This document shows positions 1-11,373 of a DNA stretch of 64,000 bases, piece after piece; within the stretch, counting starts at the first letter, position 1; each line of letters opens with the position of its first letter. Origin of the DNA: Podarcis bocagei (lineage: Eukaryota); NCBI GenBank assembly GCA_964188305.1, contig OZ076892.1. One strand, written 5' to 3'. A program made the translations under genes and the position numbers. The notes under the pieces were generated by a model. The model ran no database searches. It saw only the letters and a list, made by a program, of their open reading frames with translations, and was not told the DNA's origin.

Positions 1-494
1 TTGTAGCACATGTAACCTCGGTTTAAGGTGCTATTTAGCTTCTAGCTTTCATATCTCAGTTTCTAACACTGACTACTTCAGAGCTGCGAGATTAAGGAAA
101 GATGAAGCACTGCTGCTAAATTTGCTTAAGAATTGCAACCGTAGTGATTGAGGGCTGGCAGTCTGATGGAGTCTGTGATGCTCACAGGCCATTCAGTTGC
201 TTACCTCGCCACTGTTTGCCGCTTGCCACTGGCAAGTACCAAACTGTAGAGATTACTTAAAAGGACTGTCTGCTGGATAGTTAGATTTCAAAAGGGAGAG
301 TCGCCTGTACAAATGAACATAAGAAGCTGCCTTATAGCAGCTCAGACTATTAGCCTATTCAGGCCACTGCTGTCTACTCTCAATGGCAGTCCCTCTCCAG
401 GGTCTCTGGCAGAGAGAGGTCGTTCTTGCCCTTTCCTTCCCTATGTGAATAAGGCAGGAATCTCCCTAGCTGAGATTTCTCTCCTTCCAAACAG

Positions 495-742
495 GAGGTG
501 GTGTCTAAGGAGAAGTTGGCGGAGCTGAGCGGTCGTCTGGCGAAGATCCGTGCCCTGGCACAGAAAGTCACTTTGCCAGCCAGCTCCTCAGAGGCTGACG
601 GTGACATAAAGAGCAGATTAAAACGGGCTCGGCTGCTGGAATCCAAAATCAGCAAGAGGAAAGAGGCTGAGAAGGAGAAAGTGAGGAACCTCTCTCAACT
701 CCAGCTGGGCAAAAGCAATCCTGAGCCAACAGCAGAGACCAG
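495..742 (+). CDS. CDT1: CDT1 exon (equivalent to human exon 3)
   Basis: aacag|GAG GTG...ACC AG|gtaggg; [24 protein letters not shown]...; phase 2 joins the next exon as AG|T (Ser). Poorly conserved region, so the acceptor is less certain. Confidence 0.8.
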
Positions 743-3700
743 GTAGGGGAAGAGCTTTCTGAGGGATTGGCCTTGGTGATGAAATCAGGTGTCTGGTGAG
801 AGGGGACATGGCGATTTTCTAGATTAGGGGTCTTAGGGTATTGAACCCTTTTTTTTGGAAATTCCCAGGGCGACAGTTTGCATTTGATGCCTTTTTACTT
901 TTAGCATATCAGTACTCATCCATCTTCCTTCTTTGTGTGTAATATTGTGCTGCTGCATGTAAAATTCTGCAGGGATTAATTTTAACAAATTTATAAATTT
1001 GTTTTCTGTGCCTGGTGTTCTGTAGTACAACAGTTATACTAATAGTTTGATTGCTGTCGTTTTCTGTTTTGTTTTGTATGTTGTATATTTGTACAAAATT
1101 CCTTTCTGGTTACTGGCTATTGGCCATAATAGAGTAATTGATTGTTTGATTGAGTTTAGGGGTGGTTAGCTTGTGCCCACCCCAATTGTTATGTGACTGC
1201 CATTTCCCCTAGAGATTATTGGCCTCGCTGGCTGGGATTGGTGGGAGTCTAGCAACATCTGGACAGCGACAAGTGAGCCATCCCTGTTCTAGGCCATCAA
1301 ACAGCCCAATCCTAAGCAGAGCTGGGCGTCTCCTACCATTTGAGTCTGCAGGATGGTTGGATGTCCCAGTCAATAATTAGGACTGCAACGCCCAGCCAAT
1401 AAATTGATTTAAAAATATTTTTGATCCGCTAGAAAGGTGCCCCTCAGTAACTTGTACAGCAGATCTGAAAATGGCTTTGCTGCTCTTAAATGCTTGCGAC
1501 TATCATCCAAAACCTCCACCAACAACTACCTGTGTGAGAGCTAAGGTGACATCGTGCTGCCGTGTGACGGAAACACCCGATTATTTTATTCTCCCCATCT
1601 TCCCAGTGCGAAGGCACCAGCCTTCCAGCGCTTCCACAACCTCGCCCAGGACGTCCCCCCGGGACTCACGCTGCCTTACAAGTACAAGGTGCTGGCCGAG
1701 ATGTTCCGCAGCATGGACACCATCGTGGGGATGCTTTTCAACCGCTCAGAGACGGTGACCTTTGCCAAGGTCAAGCAAGGCATCCAGGACATGATGCGCA
1801 GGTGAGAGCTCACCCTTTCTCCTGGGGGTGGGCAGGGAGCGCAGGGGGCAGTCGCCTGTGAGCAGTCGCCTGTGAGCAGTCCGGAGAGGCAGAGAGAGTG
1901 ACTATCTCTCCACCTGGCAAGCTCATAATTCTGCCCAGGATGCCAATTGGGAATAACAGAGTGAAGATGAGAGCAGCCTTTGTAACACAGCGGTAGACCA
2001 GAATTCCCTTCTGGGCTGGTGGTTTTTCCCCCTGATGTTAATTACTTGGCATGTAAAAAAATGGATGGCCTTCCCTGAGCAGAAAGCAATAGTACTTTGT
2101 GCAATGAGTGGTGAACCAAAGAAGTTCAGCACACAGGGTGTTGTCATCAGCTCCAGACACCTCTGGTTGGCCCCCAGTGCTCTTCCAATGCCACACACCC
2201 TCGCCAAACCTGCTCTGTGCCCAGAGTGCTTTGAGGACCCATTAAACCAGGGGTCAGCAACCTTTTTCAGCCGTGGGCCAGTCCACTGTCCCGAATTCCT
2301 ATGCCCCACAAATAACCCAGAGATGCATTTTAAATAAAAGCACACATTCTACTCATGTAAAAACACGCTGATTCCCGGACCATCCTCGGGTCGGATTTAG
2401 AAGGCAATTGGGCCGCATCCGGCCCATGGGCCTTAGGTTGCCTACCCCTGCATTAAACTGTGGTCATGCTGCTCGGTTGCTTGAATGGATGCGAGGGGCT
2501 GTAGAAGCCTAACTTTTGGTGAGGAGGTTGGACTGCCCCCTACTGCTCAAAGTTAAGAGTTGCAGCTCTTGCCCTGCTCACTTTTGCCCCGACCCTTGTC
2601 TACCACTCCCACATGCACGGCCCCCCCTGCAAAGGTTTCCCATTCCCTTGCCTAGATAAAATCATGGAAGCTGGGTAACTGGTCTTGGGATCTCTTGGCA
2701 GTGATAAATGGTGTTGGAACCTCCACAGCTAGAGTCAGAATACCTCTTTCTTCTGCTTGAAGACTTCTGGCCGGAGAGACAAAAGTGCTGGGCTAGGTGG
2801 ATACTCTTGACCACTTTTCCTTCAAGCTTTTAGTCCTCATGGTGTTGGTACTAACATACAAGACCCTATACAGCTCCGGGTCAGGTTACTTGAGAGTGAG
2901 ACTGCCTTCTCTCTTATACACCCAGCAGATTGCTTGGTTTGCGGGTAAGTTTCTTGGGCAAGTCCCAAAAATCTCAGAGGTTTGTCCCATAGCAGCTTGG
3001 AGCGGGGCTTTTAGTGTGGCTGCCCCTGTTCCGTGGAATAGCATTCCTGTTGAGATTCAGCAGGCGCCCTCTGTCTGCACTTTCTGAGAACAACTGAAGA
3101 CATGTTAGTTGTGATTCCTGCATTGCAGGGGGTTGGACTAGATGACCCTTGGGCTCTCTTCCAGCTCTTATCGTTATTTGTTCCATCAGCCTTTCCCAGC
3201 TGGACCAATGGGTATTTGCCATCACTGTCTATTTTGGATGGTTTTCATCTTGTTTTAAATTTATCTGCTTTTTTTGTGTCTCTAAATGTTTTTTGTTTGC
3301 TTGCTGGTTTTAACAGTATGTCACCTTGAGATGATTGCATAGAAGGTGGTTAATAACTTAACAACAATATCACGGGTGCAAACCTACTTTGCGTGCCTTG
3401 TATCTGTCTGCCAGACCCAAGAACCTCAAGACTCGCCTGGTCCTCATTTTGAGGGTGCCACCATATTAATGGGATGTTCACTCCCAAAGGGGTTGATTAC
3501 ATTCTATTTATCTGATCATTTATAAACTTCTGATTGCGTGCAAGATCTTGGGCGCTGATATTCTCCCTGCCTGTCTGCAGGCAATTTGAAGAACGGAACC
3601 TGGGTCAGATCAAAGCTGTGTATCCGGCTTCGTACATCATGCGCCAGGAGAAGAACATTCCCACCTTTGGCACCCCTGGTCAGAAGAGAGGTGACTACCA

Positions 3701-6700
3701 GCTGACGATTGAACCCGTGCTGGAGGCAGGTGGGTCCCGTGCGGCATTCGCAAAAGAAGCTCCTATGAGCTCGGGAGGAAAGTGGGAAGGTAGACTTCAT
3801 TGTACGTTTCCTGCCACACCCTTTGAAATGTACTAAGGACCAAACTTGAAGACGTTTGTGCTGGGTTGCCAAAGAACCACCCCAGTGTGTGTCATTGTAG
3901 GACCATTGTAGCATTGTAGCAACCTTGGTCCCGGGGACCCGGTGTGGCTCTCCAGGCCCCTGTTTCTGGCCCTTGGGAGTCTTTTTGGGCTGCACCCTGT
4001 TTGTTCCTGACAGTGGCGCCTCTTGCTTGCCTTGGGAGGAGGATGGGGAGAGGAGCGTGTAAACAGCAGCCTATGCCACATTAGTTGCTCCGCCCACTTT
4101 TGCCTCTGGCCCCGCCCACCACTGGCATGTGCCCGCCTCCAGCCCAACTCAAAGGTTTCCCATCCCTGAACTGGCGGGTAGAAGGGAACAGCAGTTTCAG
4201 AGGGAGATGTGGCCCATCACCCTTCAATTTTTTGTTTCAGGAGAGAAGCTGTCGGCATCACACCTGATGCAGCGTCGGAAAATATTTGGCAGGAACTTGG
4301 TTAACATCGTGAAAGGGCACCACAAGGTGAGTCTCTTCTCCTCCCCACCCCCCAAAAAAGTGCTGGATTTACCCAGTAAGCAGACTAAGCACATACACCA
4401 GCAACGTATGAGAAGCTCTGGGAAGAATTTGACAGTTCAAAAAAAAAAGGACCAAAGAATTGGAACTTTCAGGCATCTTACACTCCACAGTCTTCCCCTG
4501 TTTTCCTGTTCTCTTCTTATTACTTATCCCCACCTAAACTGGGGGGAATGACAACTAATGTCTGCTAACGTAGACCAAAAGAATGTGAAGAAAGCAGATC
4601 CTGCCATGGGTTGCACATGACATAATATGCACACACATTTCTGCAAACGTGCAAGCTCTTGAAAAATACAATTTTATTTTACGGTTTAGTATCATCCCTG
4701 TTTTGAATTGCATATGGGGGCACCATCATCTTGTCAGTGCCCAGGACCTCTGAAGGTCTTCTTCAACTGGCCCTTCCCCCTCCCAGCTGTCGTCTCCTCC
4801 CTCCACTCCTTCCTGCGTTTGTCACGTAAATGAGAAAATACCTCCTATGGAGGGTTGCTTCACATCAGGGTTTCCCAAACTTGGGTCTCCAGATGCTTCT
4901 GGGCTACAGTTCCCCTCATCCCTGACCACTAGTCCTGATGGGAGTTATAGTCCAAGAGCAGCTGGAGACTCAAGTTTGGGACAACCTTGCTATACCTTAT
5001 CAGGTGCTGGTCCGGGTGCTATATCAGGCATAGTCAGTCATCACCTCCCCTGTGCTAACTCCCTGCAGGCTTTCTTGGCATCTCTCAACCCTCCAATGGT
5101 GGTGCCGGAAGACAAACTGACAAGGTGGCATCCCCGGTTCAATGTTGATGACGTGCCCGACATCGTCCCTGCGGAGGTGCCTCAGCCCCCGCAGGTGGAC
5201 AAAATCACGACTGCTCAAGAGGTTCTGGCCAAGGCTCGCAGCCTGATGACGCCCAAGGTAAAGCTGGCCAAAGGAGAAGGCCCTCTGAGTGTGGGTGGAA
5301 CTCTTTGACTTAGCTATTATTTCCATTTTATATCCTGTTCTCCCTTGCAAAGGAGCCCCCGGGGCAGCAAACCTGTCAATAACATTAAATTTTTTATAAA
5401 GCCTTATTGCAAACAGTTATCCACTCATCTCTCAAGGTTGCCAGGAGCAGCTTCTTTCAGCCGTCAGATGGAATTCCTTGTGGAAGGAATTCCACAAATG
5501 GGGAGCCACCACCGAAAAGCCCCTGTCGTAGGTTGCTGCCAACTGGGTATGCCCCAGTGATGGCACAACTGAAGCCTCACCTGCCAATCTTGGGATAGGA
5601 GATATTGAGGAAGGCGCCATATAGGGATTTCTATGCTAGTACTTTGAATTTCTGTGTACTAAATTTGTAAGGAATATTTTATATAAATTTGTACTGATAC
5701 CTTGAATTTATTATGAGTGGATCTTGACCATCGAAGTATGAACAGTTGTTATGGGTCTGCCTCCTTGTGTGACTATTGACTCTTTCCCTGCAGTCAGAAG
5801 TTGGCCAATTTTTTCTTTGGACTTGCTTTTATTTTGGCCTTCATGCCAGCCCATGGCAGCTCCCCCCCTAAAAAAGGGAGGGGTCCAAAATTTGGTACTA
5901 GAGAGGGAAAGCCTGTGGCTAGATAAAGTTGGTTGTTGATTACTGTGATGGAGAAGAGGGAGCAACAGGTCCTCTCTGCTGCCTCAACCACCTGCATCTC
6001 AGTTGAATGGGCTGTTTGTGCATGGTGGGGGCGAGAAATTGTTCAGGAGCATATCAGTTTACTGTTACGCATGGCATCGCAATTGCTTTTCAGCTACGCA
6101 AGACTCCTTTGCTTGCCAGGTGAGAAAAACTGCTACTGATGGCTGACCCACCTGCTCTCTCTTTCTTTCTGCCACACCCAACAACAGATGGAGAAGGCGC
6201 TGGCCAATCTGGCTCTGAGGACCGCCGAAACCAGCCCCTCTGTGCCGGAGTCCCCTCGGCCACCCCCGCCAGCTCCGGCTGGCACCCCCAGCAGCCTGAA
6301 AGGGGTGTCGCAGTCCTTGTTGGAGAGGGTGAGTGCCTTGCCGTCTCCTCCACCAGGCAGGCTTCAGGCTTGTGCGATGTGGGTAACCTTTGTTCTTGGT
6401 TTGTAAAGTAGGGAAGTCCAGGTCCCAACATCCAAAGTCATAAAGGGGTTTTGCAGATGGGGCAGGACCACTGACCTGCTCCATGTCATGCATCATTACT
6501 CTTACTCTTACTTTTATTTTATTTTAATTTTTATTTAGTTTAGTAAGTAGTATTAGGGTGGCGGGGGACGCGGGTGGCGCTGTGGGTTAAACCACATAGC
6601 CCAGGGATTGCCGATCAGAAGGTTGGTGGTTCAAATCCCCGCAATGGGGTGAGCTCCCGTTGCTCGGTCCCTGCTCTTGCCAACCTAGCAGTTCGAAAGC

Positions 6701-9019
6701 ACGTCAAAGTGCAAGTAGATAAATAGGTACCACTCCGGCGGGAAGGTAAACGGCGTTTCTGTGCACAGCTCTGGTTCACCAGAAGCGGCTTAGTCATGCT
6801 GGCCACATGACCCGGAAGCTATACACCAGCTCCCTCAGCCAATAAAGCGAGATGAGCGCCACAACCCCAGAGTCGACCACGACTGGACCTGATGGTCAGG
6901 GGTCCCTTTGCCTTAATAGGGTGGCACCTTTGAGTGCAAATTGCTGGAAACTGCAAGATGGGAGACTGCCTTTGTGCTTGGGCCCTGCTTGTGGGATTCC
7001 CATTGGGGGCATCTGGTTGGCCACTCAGAACAGGCTGCTGGGCTAGATGGCCTGATCCTGCGGGCTCTTCTTATATTCTTCCCCTTCCCACACAGACTCA
7101 CTCCTTGCTCTTCTTGCAACGCTCTTTGCCCTGCCTGACCCCCACCCCCTTTCCTTGCCGCAGACAAGATGCACACTTAGAATTCTAAAGGATGCATAGC
7201 TCAGTTCCAGCAGAGCATCTGCTTTGCATGTAGAAGCTATCAGTTTTGATCCCTTCTGATGCTGCCACCACCACCACCACCACCTCTCCCCCTTTCTCTC
7301 TCTCAGGTCAGAGCCAAGGAAGTTCAAAAGCTGCAGGCGCTGATGGTGCGGAACCCGCAGCAGGAGCGGCGCCTGGACATGCTGTCGCGTCTGCCGGAGA
7401 TGGCGCGGGTCCTGCGCAACGTCTTTGTGGCGGAGAAGAAGCAGGCGCTGCCCATGGAGGTGGCGTGCCAGCGGATGATGGCCAGCTACCGGTCCCTCAT
7501 GACATTTGGTAAGGGGAGGAAGTGGGCACACCTGGCGAGCTTTGAGAGGGAGAGAAGGGGGGTGATGCGTTGTCTCCAGGCAGAGATGGGGAAGCTGTGC
7601 CCCTCGGATGTTGCAGAACTATAGTTCCCATCATGCCTCATTTTAGGCGGCTCCCAACACCTGAATCTGCTCTATTCTTCCACCCCATCGGGGTTTGCTC
7701 CTTCCTGTTTATTTTCTAATTTCCCCCAGCCATTTTTAAAAGTGTGTCCCCTCTATGAAGTTCCAGAACAACTGTATTTTAGGAGCATAGGAACTGGCCT
7801 GCTGGGTCAGGCAAGTGGCCCATCTAACCGAGCATCCTATTCCCCCAGATACCTGTTGGAAGCCTGCAAGCTGGACAGGAGTGGAACAGTGCTCTGCCCA
7901 CCTGCGATTCCCAGCAGCTTGGTATTCAGAGACCTAATGTCTCTTAACATTGGAGGCAGGGTGTAGCCTTGTCCTCCATGAGTTAGTCTAATCCTCTTTT
8001 AAAGCCATCCCAGTTGCTGGCCATCACTGCCTCCTGTGGAAGGCAAGTTCGAGATCAAAGTTTCAGCTTAATTGGTCTTTAAATACTTGACTTACAAAGC
8101 AATGCTTTGCTCCTGACATGGCTTGGGGTGAAGTTGTTTACCTCCCAGCTGTGTAAGAACAAACACCTTATAGGTGTTTGTAGCACACAATCGGAAAAGA
8201 TCAACTTCCACTGCAACAGTTACAGGTAGGTAGCCGTGTTGGTCTGCCATAGTCAAAATAAAAAAATTCCTTCCAGTAGCACCTTAAAGACCAACTAAGT
8301 TAGTTCTTGGTATGAGCTTTCGTGTGCATGCACACGAAAGCTCATACCAAGAACTAACTTAGTTGGTCTTTAAGGTGCTACTGGAAGGAATTTTTTTATT
8401 TCCACTGCAACAGTGGCTGAATTGGTCTGTTGTGTTTACCCAAAAAATAATCTTCTGTATACTTGAGGGTAACCCAATCAAACCCAGTTGGGCTAGGTAT
8501 TCTAATCTGAAGCAGGGTGATCGCTAGTCTAGAAAACTTTCCCTTTTTTGCCCCTGGCACCACCCTCTGCCAGTGTGTGACTCCCGACTTACTATACATG
8601 GAGCCCTGGGAATGTGCCCTCTAACAAAAAAAAGCTGCATATCTTTTTAAGAGGATTAATCGTGAAACCGTCTGCATGCAAAGAGTCCTTTCCCTGCCAT
8701 GTTTTCAGTGGTGATTTAACCACCATGGAGTCATTTATAGTGGGTATTCCTATGATAGACAGGGGCTTTCTGTTCTCACTTAACAAAAGCTGTTAAGTGA
8801 GAAAACAATCAGATGGCCCAGCGCTCTGTCTGAAACTCTTCCTCTGTCCCTGCAGGAGAGACAGAAAAGCACCTTCGTCTCCTCTCAGAGCTGCTGCCCG
8901 GCTGGGTGAGCGTTGTCCCCATTCGGCAAGAAACGTACATCAAGCTGGACAAAAGTGTGGACCTCAACGTTGTCACGGAGAGACTGGCCGCAAGGGCAAA
9001 GGAAGAGGAAAGGCTCTAA
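495..9019 (+). CDS. CDT1: DNA replication licensing factor Cdt1, 5'-partial; join(495..742,1607..1801,3581..3729,4241..4326,5069..5257,6188..6328,7307..7508,8856..9019)
   Basis: Eight GT-AG exons join in phase to 1374 nt (457 aa + TAA). Cdt1 motifs: [100 protein letters not shown]. The PIP-degron exons would lie upstream of the window. Confidence 0.97.
1607..1801 (+). CDS. CDT1: CDT1 exon (equivalent to exon 4), geminin-binding domain
   Basis: cccag|T GCG AAG...CGC AG|gtgag; [14 protein letters not shown]...IQDMMR. Confidence 0.97.
2248..2450. mobile_element. hAT-type MITE
   Basis: TIRs CAGGGGTCAGCAACCT / AGGTTGCCTACCCCTG; exact 8-bp TSD CATTAAAC at 2240-2247 and 2451-2458. Confidence 0.9.
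2820..3105 (+). mobile_element. L2-clade LINE 3' fragment
   Basis: Decayed ORF2 C-terminus: [14 protein letters not shown]...[22 protein letters not shown]. Confidence 0.7.
3110..3170 (+). mobile_element. CR1 3' terminal fragment
   Basis: gattcctgcattgcagggggttggactagatgaccctt...ttccagctct is a CR1 3' UTR; resembles the copies at 21208 and 37669. Confidence 0.7.
3581..3729 (+). CDS. CDT1: CDT1 exon (equivalent to exon 5)
   Basis: tgcag|G CAA TTT...GCA G|gtggg; [18 protein letters not shown]...[11 protein letters not shown]. Confidence 0.96.
4241..4326 (+). CDS. CDT1: CDT1 exon (equivalent to exon 6)
   Basis: tttcag|GA GAG...CAC AAG|gtgag; [28 protein letters not shown]. Confidence 0.95.
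4866..4989. mobile_element. About 125-bp palindromic MITE family; decayed copies near 1190-1290, 9920-10040, 10485-10610, 11555-11670, 22240-22360, 49490-49610, 56745-56900, 62570-62690
   Basis: Imperfect inverted termini cagggtttcccaaacttg/caagtttgggacaaccttg; the internal ctacagttccc..atc/gatgggagttatag core recurs many times in the window. Confidence 0.75.
5069..5257 (+). CDS. CDT1: CDT1 exon (equivalent to exon 7)
   Basis: ctgcag|GCT...CCC AAG|gtaaag; [32 protein letters not shown]...ARSLMTPK. Confidence 0.97.
5310..5600 (-). mobile_element. L2-clade LINE 3' fragment
   Basis: Minus-strand translation [17 protein letters not shown] is the L2 ORF2 end motif. Confidence 0.6.
6188..6328 (+). 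CDS. CDT1: CDT1 exon (equivalent to exon 8)
   Basis: aacag|ATG GAG AAG...GAG AGG|gtgag; MEKALANLA...[11 protein letters not shown]. Confidence 0.96.
6565..6914 (+). mobile_element. Sauria SINE, full length
   Basis: tRNA-like head gggacgcgggtggcgctgtgggttaaacc (A box) ...ggttcaaatccc (B box); typical body; TSD TAGGGTGGC at 6554-6562 and 6917-6925; highly similar to the 56930 copy. Confidence 0.93.
7307..7508 (+). CDS. CDT1: CDT1 exon (equivalent to exon 9), MCM-binding winged helix
   Basis: tctcag|GTC AGA...TTT G|gtaag; [48 protein letters not shown]. Confidence 0.97.
7780..8050 (-). mobile_element. Old CR1-related 3' fragment; related pieces near 6940-7075, 19610-19770, 31315-31410, 54240-54355
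   Basis: ctgctgggtcagg..ggcccatcta..agcatcct and cttttaaagccatcc..gttg.tggccatcactgcctcctgtgg recur across copies. Confidence 0.55.
8221..8401. mobile_element. Penelope-like element terminal remnant in inverted arrangement
   Basis: caggtaggtagccgtgttggtctg...tagcaccttaaagaccaac...gctttcgtgtgcatgcacac; 15-bp flanking duplication TTCCACTGCAACAGT at 8206-8220 and 8400-8414. Confidence 0.75.
8856..9019 (+). CDS. CDT1: CDT1 last coding exon
   Basis: tgcag|GA GAG ACA...CTC TAA; [36 protein letters not shown]...EERL*. This frame is missing from the ORF track. Confidence 0.96.
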
Positions 9020-10418
9020 TCTATGCTGCAGGATGGGGGGAAGATCATGACTTAGGCTCAACAGCATCATTGTGTCCCAATCTCTCTTGGGAAAGGACCC
9101 CAATGGCCAGAGACGTGTGTGTCGTTTTCTCTCCTTGCATGAATGTGAGCAAAATGTGAATATTGTGGCTTTTTCAGAATTAAGCGGATATGGCAGCTCT
9201 CCTTCCTTCCTTCCCTCCTAGTTTTCTAAGTGCCATCCTGGTGCCTGTGTAGCTGTTACGCTTCTGTAAGGCCACAAGAGGGCAGCACATACAAACCAGG
9301 AAATTCAGTTTGATTGGCGCATCACAACAAAGTACCAAACTGTTCACCTTCGTGCATTAAAAAAGTTCTTTGTCAGCACCGCTTCCCCACTTGCCAGATT
9401 AGCTGAACAGGCATAGAGAATGACGCTGCAGGACCACAAAGCCATTACTCCTTTCATGACTAGCATTTCCATTTCCTGATCTGGCAGGAACGGGTGGGAG
9501 CTGCCTTTTCCACAAAGGGAGTTTCAGTTCCTCCAAGACTTGGTAGACAGAGGACATTAAAAGTACTTTTAAAAAAATTGGTTGTAAAACATAACTTGTA
9601 TATGAACCTTAGCAATAACTATTTATTGATCAGGAGGACCTTAAAATGAGTGATTTTTAACTGGCCAAGCCATTTAGTTGACATTTTTGTCCCTTAGCTT
9701 CAGTAAAGGGGATTGAGCCAAGAGCAGCGGTGGTGGATTTCTGCAATTTCGCTTGAGCCTGAGGTCACAGGTCCACCATACATTTAACGTACTACACTTG
9801 CCCCAAAGAATGCTAGGAACTGTAGTTTGTTAAGGGTGCAGAGGTTCTAACTCTGAGTGGTAAACTACAGTTCCCAGGATCTTTGGGGGGAATTAACTTT
9901 GCATGCCTTAGAGCACCCTGTCTCAACCTTCCCCCAGATGTTGGACTTACAGCTCCCATCTTCCCTGACCACAGGTCCCGGCTGGTTAAGGATTATGGGA
10001 TTTGTAGCCCAACCACCTGGGACCCTGAGGTTGGGAAAGGCTGGCTCAACCCATTGTACGGCTCTACAATCTCACACATGGAACCAGGGAATCTATCTGC
10101 CAGTAAAGGGACTTCCTTGTGACTGCATGTGACCTCATCTCATCCCCTTCTTTTATTTTTTTGGCTCTTTCCTTTAGCAGATGCTGAGACAGCTGCTGTG
10201 CAAACTGCTGTTGTGACTTATTTGCCTTAAACGTATGAAATTAATTATAGTTCACTCTGTTAGGCAATCCATGTGTTTGGGAGCTAAATGGGGCCCTTGA
10301 ATTGAGGTCCCTGGCCTGCACCTGCCTCTTAGCATTGCAGCACTAGAGCTATTCTGTATTGACTCCAAAACCATCAGTGGGAGCACTGGATTATCTGTTC
10401 TGTGGCCACAGGAAGCTG

Positions 10419-10424
10419 AATAAA
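10419..10424 (+). terminator. Candidate CDT1 polyadenylation signal (AATAAA)
   Basis: First canonical hexamer I found after the stop; ATTAAA variants occur earlier (about 9356 and 9556). Confidence 0.35.
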
Positions 10425-11271
10425 ACCCCTATTCACAAATACCTTAACTGACTCTGTGGACCTTTCATCACTTGCAAACTTAAGGGGTGGCTAATCTGAG
10501 GCCCTCAAGCTGTCGCTGGACTACCAATTCCTATCATCCCTGAACACCAGCCGTGCTAACTGAGGCTGATGGTAGTAGTAACAGCTGAGGACCCCCAGTA
10601 GCTACTACTGCCTTTTACTGAAATGATCTTGATGCCATTTTTAGTAGTTAGGGCAACCTTGCAATAACATTTTAGAAATCAGCATGAAAATAAAGAGAAA
10701 GCGGAATGCAACAAAACCAAACAACCCCAAACCCACAGCAAACAGAAGAATCCACACTAGAAAAGTGGCGCAGGTGAGTCTGCATAATGTATTTTGATGG
10801 CAAAACTGAAGATCTAGCTAGAAAAAATGGTGTCATTGTTAATTATGCAAATAAAACTTCTCATTCTTTTTGGAGTTGGTGTTTTTTTTTAAGGTGCTGG
10901 CATGAGAGAAGTTCTATGGTGATTAGAGTATAATTTTTAGCTTTAAAGTAAACATAAGCAGAGACATTTTGTATGCCTCTATTAATGCTGATAGCATAAA
11001 TGATTTTAGCCAGGAGAGTTATTTTGAGGAGTGTCAAGGAGGCGGGGGAAGGAAAGGGGTAAGAGTGGGCTGTGTCCACTATGTTTTACTTAGAGCAGAC
11101 CCACTGAAATTAATAGACCTAAGTCATGTCCATTAATTTAAATGTTTCTACTCTTACACTGGATGGTTTTAAGTCACTGGTGCTTTTACTACCTGGTTCT
11201 CTTCCTCAACTGTACATTATGTGAAAGGGACACTTTTTTACAAGCAGTTTCGAATCTGGGACAGCACAGAA

Positions 11272-11309
11272 GTATCTGAAGAAGAGTGCATGCACACGAA
11301 AGCTCATAC
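11272..11309 (+). ncRNA. Minimal type I hammerhead ribozyme motif
   Basis: GUAU-CUGAAGA-A-GAGUGC-AU-GCACAC-GAAA-GCUC^AUAC: core CUGANGA/GAAA, stem II with one mismatch, palindromic AGCU helix III, stem I GUAU/AUAC. Confidence 0.6.
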
Positions 11310-11373
11310 CAATAACAAACTTAGTTGGCCTCTTAAGGTGCTACTGGAAGGATATTTTTTTTATTTTGTTTCG
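11275..11373 (+). mobile_element. Penelope-like terminal remnant carrying a hammerhead motif
   Basis: Near-identical to the right arm of the 8256-8401 palindrome; 12-bp TSD AGCACAGAAGTA at 11263-11274 and 11374-11385. Confidence 0.75.

Noticed and set aside
6565-6650. tRNA gene
   Set aside because: The A/B boxes belong to the Sauria SINE head; no full cloverleaf; continues into the SINE body. The same applies at 56930.
8256-8401. Canonical miRNA gene
   Set aside because: Perfect TE-derived palindrome with no loop or bulges, and no expression evidence.
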